Shown in pieces: positions 58,831 to 64,000 of a DNA stretch of 64,000 nucleotides. Under the pieces are notes generated by a model. That model saw only the letters and a program-made list of their open reading frames with translations. It searched no databases and was not told where the DNA came from. The translations under genes were made by a program, and so were the position numbers. Source of the DNA: a bacterium (GTDB taxonomy: Archaea > Nanobdellota > Nanobdellia > Pacearchaeales > GW2011-AR1); NCBI GenBank assembly GCA_036787775.1, contig DAIQOR010000001.1, positions 183,286 to 247,285 on the forward strand, read 5' to 3'. Positions within the stretch are counted from its first letter, which is position 1. Every line of letters begins with the position of its first letter.

Positions 58831-59343
58831 TCAACCAATATTAATCTGAACTTTTTTAGAAATATCAAAACCTGTAATATCCAAATTCGCTTTAACATAC
58901 CATTTAACATTTCTCATATTTCCCGTCAATAACTGCGCGGACTTCACAAGATTTCCAATCATTCCCTCATGATTCGTGTTAACATTTTGCGGAACTTTCA
59001 TTTTAAAATCATAAACTTTCTCCCCAATTTGATATTCTTTCTTTCCATCCAGAGGTTGAGAAAATTCAAAAACTTTTTGAGTTCTCGAAGACGAATGCCC
59101 AGAACCATAACTCGTACTCTTCATTTCTCCCACAAGCCCAACATTCAACGTCTTCGCATTAACTGGCTTTTTCAAATTAAGAATAACTTTCCCCTCAATG
59201 GTGTCGCCCGCAGAAAAATTAAAATTCGTCAACTCAATTTTTATTCCACCTTTCATTTTTGAAATAATAAACATAATCAAACCGAGCAACAAAATCGCCC
59301 CAGCAACAATAAGAACAATGTACATCATCTCCATAGAAAACAT
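58831..59343 (-). CDS. membrane-anchored hypothetical protein
   Basis: The ORF is open to 59427 but would overlap tRNA-Ser. The internal Met at 59343 precedes the TM helix. Confidence 0.4.
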   Translation of the reverse strand: MFSMEMMYIVLIVAGAILLLGLIMFIISKMKGGIKIELTNFNFSAGDTIEGKVILNLKKPVNAKTLNVGLVGEMKSTSYGSGHSSSRTQKVFEFSQPLDGKKEYQIGEKVYDFKMKVPQNVNTNHEGMIGNLVKSAQLLTGNMRNVKWYVKANLDITGFDISKKVQINIG

Positions 59344-59414
59344 AACAAATAACCTTTTATAAAATTTTAGGAAGACAAACACTTTTAAATTGTGAAATAT
59401 CTTATTCTTTGTAC

Positions 59415-59495
59415 GCCCCGATCGCATAGTGGTTATTGCGCCGGTTTGCTAAACCGGGCCCTTTGGGCTCGCAGGTTCAATTCCTGCTCGGGGCG
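59415..59495 (+). tRNA. tRNA-Ser (GCU)
   Basis: It has acceptor GCCCCGA/UCGGGGC, anticodon loop UUGCUAA, a 13-nt variable arm hairpin and T-arm GGUUCAAUUCC. Confidence 0.8.
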
Positions 59496-59717
59496 TTTAG
59501 TTATCGAGTTTACGAAATAACTCTCCGAAGGATATCGGACTAAATTAAAACATATTTCTGGTCTCAATTCCCGAGCATCTTTTGAAATTTTGAATAAATG
59601 AGCAAAACGAATTTAAAGAACATTTCACAGAGTGCGAGTTGCCTCGGGGCGTCCCAAAACTCTTATAAACTTCTTCTTCATTTACAAATTATATTTCATA
59701 ATGAAAGGAGGTGTGAC

Positions 59718-60164
59718 ATGATATTAGAAACATTAGGTTTAGGAAGTGAATTTGCTGGAACAGAAGCTTTAGCAGGAACTGCAGCATTAGGAGGAATAAT
59801 GGCGATAATCGCAGGATTCTTCTTAATAGCTTTAATAATTGGTTTAGCAATCTACATTTACGCTGCTGTTGCTTTAATGGCAATTGCAAAGAAAACAAAA
59901 ACTCCAAACGGATGGCTCGCTTTCATCCCAATCGCGAACATTTATTTGTTAACTCAAATGGCTGGCGTGAACGGACTTTGGACTTTGATAGTTCTTGCCC
60001 CAATAATTCCTTTCATAGGAGCTTTAGCGATGGGCGCTGTTGTGATCTGGATGTTTTGGTTAATCGTAGAGAAAATCAAATACCCTGGATGGACAAGTCT
60101 ATTAATGATAATTCCAATCGTTAATTTAGTAATGCTCGGAGTTTGGGCTTGGGCTAAGAAATAA
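59718..60164 (+). CDS. small polytopic membrane protein (paralogue of 60682-61179)
   Basis: The SD-like AGGAGGTG lies 5 nt upstream of the ATG at 59718. It shares the motif IAKK.K....WLA.IP.A with the downstream paralogue. Confidence 0.5.
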   Translation: MILETLGLGSEFAGTEALAGTAALGGIMAIIAGFFLIALIIGLAIYIYAAVALMAIAKKTKTPNGWLAFIPIANIYLLTQMAGVNGLWTLIVLAPIIPFIGALAMGAVVIWMFWLIVEKIKYPGWTSLLMIIPIVNLVMLGVWAWAKK

Positions 60165-60191
60165 GCCAACTTTTATTTTTTATTTTTTATT

Positions 60192-60620
60192 TTACTTTTC
60201 TTTAGAAAGTGGAGTATCTCCCACGGGAGTCAATTCTTTTTCCAAGGCATAAATAAATTTTTTGATTTCAGTTATCTCCGCCCCTTCAATTTCAGTATCA
60301 CTCGAGGGATTAGTCAATAAACTATAAATTCTTTCAGAATATTCTTTATCCTTAAAAAGTCTAGGACACAAATTAATAAAATAATGTCTTATTTCTTGTG
60401 TCAATCCTGCAGAATCGTCATATTCTCTTCGAGGATATTTTGAATTCCAATCAACACTCCCCCATAAATCTCCGAACCAGCCCAACATCTTTTTATCTTC
60501 TTCATTCAAATCTTCTTTCCCGATAATTTTTTCAAGCCCGTATCCTGCCAAAGTCAAACGCGTTCTTAAACCATAATTTTTCACATCTTCGCCGAAATCC
60601 ATAAACAAATTAGTTATCAA
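60192..60620 (-). CDS. hypothetical protein
   Basis: It is a 142-aa ORF between the two membrane-protein paralogues. Confidence 0.4.
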   Translation of the reverse strand: MITNLFMDFGEDVKNYGLRTRLTLAGYGLEKIIGKEDLNEEDKKMLGWFGDLWGSVDWNSKYPRREYDDSAGLTQEIRHYFINLCPRLFKDKEYSERIYSLLTNPSSDTEIEGAEITEIKKFIYALEKELTPVGDTPLSKEK

Positions 60621-60681
60621 GACTATATAAAAATTATCGTGATTTACTTAATTTTATAAACTTCTCTTTCTTAATTTAATT

Positions 60682-61179
60682 ATGATTAACGAAACAATCG
60701 AAAACGCTTTGACCGAAGGAGTTATCGCAGGTTTGACAACCGGTTTAATTTTAGCGATGGTAGGTTTAATTTTAATTCTCCTAATAGCATTTTATGTTTA
60801 CCACGCTTTGGCTTGGAGCACAATTGCAAAAAAGAAAAAATATTCGCGACCTTGGTTAGCTTGGATACCTTTTGCAAGTTCAGCGATGAGACTTCAACTC
60901 GGCGGTTTCAACTGGGCATGGGTTTTCTTATACTTAATTCCAATTCTCGGATGGATTACAATTTTCGTTCTCTTAATAATTTCACACTGGAGAATTTTTG
61001 AATCTCTAAATTATCCTGGATGGTTAGCACTTCTTCAACTTGCAGACATCGCAGGAAGCGGAATCGGAAGCATAGCTTATTTAGTAGTCATTGGAATTGT
61101 TGCATGGAAAGAACCAGAATCAAAAATAACTCAAAGAAAAGATCTTCCTAAAAAGAAAAAATTTGTTAAAAGAAAATAA
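60682..61179 (+). CDS. small polytopic membrane protein (paralogue of 59718-60164)
   Basis: It shares TM topology and the conserved AKKKK...WLAWIPFA motif with the upstream paralogue. Confidence 0.5.
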   Translation: MINETIENALTEGVIAGLTTGLILAMVGLILILLIAFYVYHALAWSTIAKKKKYSRPWLAWIPFASSAMRLQLGGFNWAWVFLYLIPILGWITIFVLLIISHWRIFESLNYPGWLALLQLADIAGSGIGSIAYLVVIGIVAWKEPESKITQRKDLPKKKKFVKRK

Positions 61180-62028
61180 TTACTTTCCAACTTCCCCCGT
61201 TTTCTTCCAACGAATATAATTTTTCTCAAGAATTTCAACAATCCTCTGTCTCTCTTCTGCATTCCCAATTCCTTTCCAATCCAAAACAACAAACTCAACA
61301 TCCTCCTCAGTTTTTTCCATCGCTTCTTTAATCATATCTTCCGTCAAAGGTAAAACATAACTCGGAATAACATGCGAAAATGCCACGTTAGAATTCAATT
61401 GTAATTTATTAAAATTCGGACAATAATGCGGACCACCGATACCAATCGCGACTTCTCTATAAGGATTTTCTTCAAAATCATCAATCATTTTAGAAATAGT
61501 TTTCGCAATCACAAAACACGCACGCCTATCATTCCATTCTTCCTCGGTCGAACCCACCTCAATAAAAACACACGGCTTATTTATCAACGGCCCATGATGC
61601 GTGCACTCCATCGTAACGCTATATTTCTCATTCAATTTATGTTCTTTCGCGAACTTGTTCAAAACATCAAACATTTGTTTCTGAAAAAGCCCCGAACTCC
61701 GACAAACTTTGCCTCGTTCTCCACCAAAACTATTCTCACTCCAATTTCCAGGAGCATGAATCGACAAACTTTTTTCTTTTTTCTCTGACTGATGCTTCGA
61801 CGCAAAAATCACAAAATCATATTTATTAATTCTATTCAAGTCCAAATTTTCAGTTCTAATAATTTCCTCGTCACAAAGATAAAAATCAAAACCAGACTTA
61901 TCCGGTTGCATTCCTAAAAAAACCGGATTCCGTTTATACTGCGAAAGGGCAGTCGTAATATTAATTCCCGCCCGGTCTTTCTTACTCGCAACAACCAAAT
62001 ATTTTTTGTACATCTTTATTAAAAACAA
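61180..62028 (-). CDS. possible archaeal D-aminoacyl-tRNA deacylase (DtdA-like)
   Basis: The N-terminal YLVVASKKDRAGINI resembles the DtdA family. The assignment is tentative. Confidence 0.4.
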   Translation of the reverse strand: MFLIKMYKKYLVVASKKDRAGINITTALSQYKRNPVFLGMQPDKSGFDFYLCDEEIIRTENLDLNRINKYDFVIFASKHQSEKKEKSLSIHAPGNWSENSFGGERGKVCRSSGLFQKQMFDVLNKFAKEHKLNEKYSVTMECTHHGPLINKPCVFIEVGSTEEEWNDRRACFVIAKTISKMIDDFEENPYREVAIGIGGPHYCPNFNKLQLNSNVAFSHVIPSYVLPLTEDMIKEAMEKTEEDVEFVVLDWKGIGNAEERQRIVEILEKNYIRWKKTGEVGK

Positions 62029-62147
62029 ACAGAGATTTTAAGTTTTTGTGTGGTTTCATATCAAGTTTATATTAGTATATCTTAACAATAATTTAAAATT
62101 AGAAAGGCGGGGCTAAGCCCCGCCGTGGTTCGTTTCTTCCTGGATTT

Positions 62148-62603
62148 TTACATTAATCCTTTTACTATTTCGCTTAACTTTCTTCTTCCACCGCATTCTG
62201 ACCAGATTATTGGTGCTCCGATTTCTTGTGCAGTTCTTTCCTTTAATCCGCTGTCACAAGAGCAAGCTACCAGTGTTAGGTTTTTCCCCGCATCCGAGTA
62301 TTTTCTTGCTGCTCTAAGTGCTCCTTCTTTTGCATAACTCCCTACATATAGGTAAACCTTTCCCACATCTTTTTCATCAGTTTTTCCGTAGATTTGATGT
62401 AGTACTTGGCCTAACTTATTTTCAGCTTCTCTACTCCATGTATATGTGTTGTCATTGCTGTAGATTATTACTGGGCCATTTTTCCCTTCATAAGTCCCAG
62501 CAGGGAAGTTCTCTACTGAGTTGTAGGTGATTACTATTGTTGCTTTTTTCGGTTGTGCTTTTGATTTCCTTACTTTTCCTGTTTTGTTTTTTGCAATTGT
62601 CAT
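62148..62603 (-). CDS. hypothetical protein in a compositionally atypical islet
   Basis: Strong SD (TAGGAGGA) lies 6 nt upstream of the ATG. It is flanked by near-identical GC hairpins. Codon usage is GC-richer than its neighbours. Confidence 0.5.
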   Translation of the reverse strand: MTIAKNKTGKVRKSKAQPKKATIVITYNSVENFPAGTYEGKNGPVIIYSNDNTYTWSREAENKLGQVLHQIYGKTDEKDVGKVYLYVGSYAKEGALRAARKYSDAGKNLTLVACSCDSGLKERTAQEIGAPIIWSECGGRRKLSEIVKGLM

Positions 62604-62850
62604 CTTTATTCCTCCTATAATTTAATTGTGAGGCGGGGCGAAGCCCCGCTTGGTGAGGTGTGATTTGTGATGTTCTGTTTTCCATTTTCTTGTTCAGTAA
62701 AGTCCCAGTACCATTCTCTTCGCGAGGCAGATGGCTTTGTCTTGAGTCCATCTTGGGTTCTTCTCAAGCAATTCCGCCTGCACCTTCCAGATTTTTTGGT
62801 TCTGTTCCTTTCTCTGTTCTGGTGTTTTGTTTTCCATTAAAAAATTCAAG

Positions 62851-62893
62851 AAATAATTCTATATAAAACTCTGTTGTAGAAATTACTACAACA
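62851..62893 (-). promoter_or_regulatory. promoter module: palindrome TGTTGTAG-N7-CTACAACA plus TATA-like TTTTATATAG (copy 1)
   Basis: It is a 43-nt near-exact repeat of 63474-63516. On the minus strand the palindrome precedes a TATA-like box about 25 nt upstream of the putative transcription start. Confidence 0.45.
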
Positions 62894-63045
62894 ATATAAG
62901 TAAGTCATTTATTCCGTCATCAACCTTCTCCTAAAATATGTTTTATATCATTTTTCTGCGTTAATAGGTATCACGCTTCTTTTTAAATTTCTTAATCTCT
63001 TAAAATAAGAAAAAGATATTCTTTTGGAGGGATTTAAGTTTAACC

Positions 63046-63417
63046 CTATTCACAATCTTTAAAGTCGCTTGGTAAAAATTCAAGTAATTTTGAGCTTCCC
63101 CTGTTACCAGCTTGAACTGATATGTGGCCAAGAGATTTTGCTTCAGTGAAGTCGTCTATACGTAGATATGTTACTGAGTCACAAGAAAAGTATTTTTCTT
63201 GATATCTATTGTCTTTGAATAAACCAATTGTAGTTAATCCTGAAGGCATTGTCAAGGTCTGAGTTTCACAATGAACTGAATAAGCTACATAACCTGATTT
63301 TTCGTCGCTCTCTATTGCAGTTAGTCTTTTTCTTGGACCAGTGCATCGCTTCAGATATTCTCCAAGACCAGGTGCGTTGTTAATTATTCCCCTTACTTCT
63401 TCTATTGTTTTTGTCAT
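63046..63417 (-). CDS. hypothetical protein
   Basis: It is a 123-aa ORF with SD AGGAGGTG upstream. It shares a promoter module with the 62148-62603 gene. Confidence 0.5.
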   Translation of the reverse strand: MTKTIEEVRGIINNAPGLGEYLKRCTGPRKRLTAIESDEKSGYVAYSVHCETQTLTMPSGLTTIGLFKDNRYQEKYFSCDSVTYLRIDDFTEAKSLGHISVQAGNRGSSKLLEFLPSDFKDCE

Positions 63418-63467
63418 CTTTGTTCACCTCCTTACATCTGTATTCTTTTGTTTCCATGATATTTTAT

Positions 63468-63525
63468 AGAAATAATTCTATATAAAACTCTGTTGTAGAA
63501 TGAACTACAACAACAAAAGACTTAA
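63468..63525 (-). promoter_or_regulatory. promoter module: palindrome plus TATA box (copy 2), shared divergent region with the TrmB-like gene
   Basis: It has the same palindrome and TTTTATATAG as copy 1. It lies between divergent genes. Confidence 0.45.
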
Positions 63526-63550
63526 ATAGGTAGGACAATTTAAAATCAAA

Positions 63551-64000
63551 TGAACCCAGAAAAAGTATTAGAAAAAATCGGCTTCAGTCCAAATGAGATA
63601 AAAACGTATTTGGTATTAAATGAAAAAGGCTCATTACCTGCAGGAAAAGTTGCAAAGCACGCAAAGATAGACCGAAGCAGTTGTTATAATTCTCTAAAAA
63701 TTCTCCAAGAAAAAGGACTCGTAAGTTACGTAATTATTTCCAACGTAAAATATTTTCAATCAACAGGTCCAAGAAAAATTCTCGATTTCATAAAGACACA
63801 AGAGCAAGATGTCAAAGAGATAATCCCCCAACTTGAAGAAAAAAGAAAAGTAAAAACTTCCGAAGGGCAAGTAAGATTATTCAAAGGGGAAAAAGGAATC
63901 CGAACTATTTTTTTAGATATGATAAGAGAAGGCAAAGATAATTTCGTTTTTGGTTCAGAAGGACAATTTTCCGAAAGAATGCCGGAGTTCGCTTTACAAT
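63551..64000 (+). CDS. TrmB-like HTH transcriptional regulator (partial, runs off window end)
   Basis: The N-terminus (EKIGFSPNEIKTYLVLNEKGSLPAGKVAKHAKIDRSSCYNSLKILQEKGLV) matches the TrmB wHTH pattern. The frame is open to the window end. Confidence 0.5.

Noticed and set aside
1-64000. CRISPR arrays, rRNA genes, and IS elements or transposases
   Set aside because: No regularly spaced direct repeats were found. There is no rRNA-like conserved block. There are no DDE or serine/tyrosine recombinase-like ORFs. The only repeats are the duplicated promoter module and the gene-fragment duplication reported above.

Overview
This window is a low-GC (~30%) archaeal chromosome segment. The markers are aEF-2, aEF-1alpha, archaeal DnaG primase, proteasome beta subunit, aCPSF1, RtcB plus archease, Mre11-Rad50, CCA-adding enzyme, RNase HII, and many class III (type IV pilin-like) signal peptides. 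The gene content points to a small-genome, probably DPANN-like, archaeon.

Core features:
- A 2-oxoacid:ferredoxin oxidoreductase operon interrupted by a GNAT gene.
- mre11-rad50.
- Four toxin-antitoxin loci: a RelE-like pair, HepT/MntA, and two HicB-HicA pairs.
- A presenilin/SPP-like GxGD protease, a TrmB regulator, and a Zn-ribbon/DUF2073-like/GTPase triad.
- A type IV pilus-like assembly locus (FlaI-like ATPase, two T2SSF platform proteins, two pilin-like proteins) adjacent to archease-rtcB.
- A large surface-protein region with a 1176-aa TolB-like propeller protein, an 835-aa papain-like peptidase, PKD and Cys-rich-repeat proteins, and at least five pilin genes.
- A GC-rich SRP-RNA candidate.
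- Two tRNA-Leu, tRNA-iMet and tRNA-Ser.
- A putative S-layer protein.
- An SMC-headed protein carrying a central CxxC zinc hook.

The most interesting accessory feature sits inside the pilin cluster. It is a four-gene module: a Cys-rich small peptide, an HExxH metallopeptidase-like protein, a radical-SAM/SPASM enzyme, and a PqqD-like small protein. This is the architecture of a sactipeptide/ranthipeptide-type RiPP pathway, or of a pilin-modification system.

Other notable points are segmental duplication scars near 51 kb, a duplicated palindrome-plus-TATA promoter module, and a compositionally atypical two-gene islet near 62-63.5 kb. No rRNA, CRISPR array or transposase was seen.
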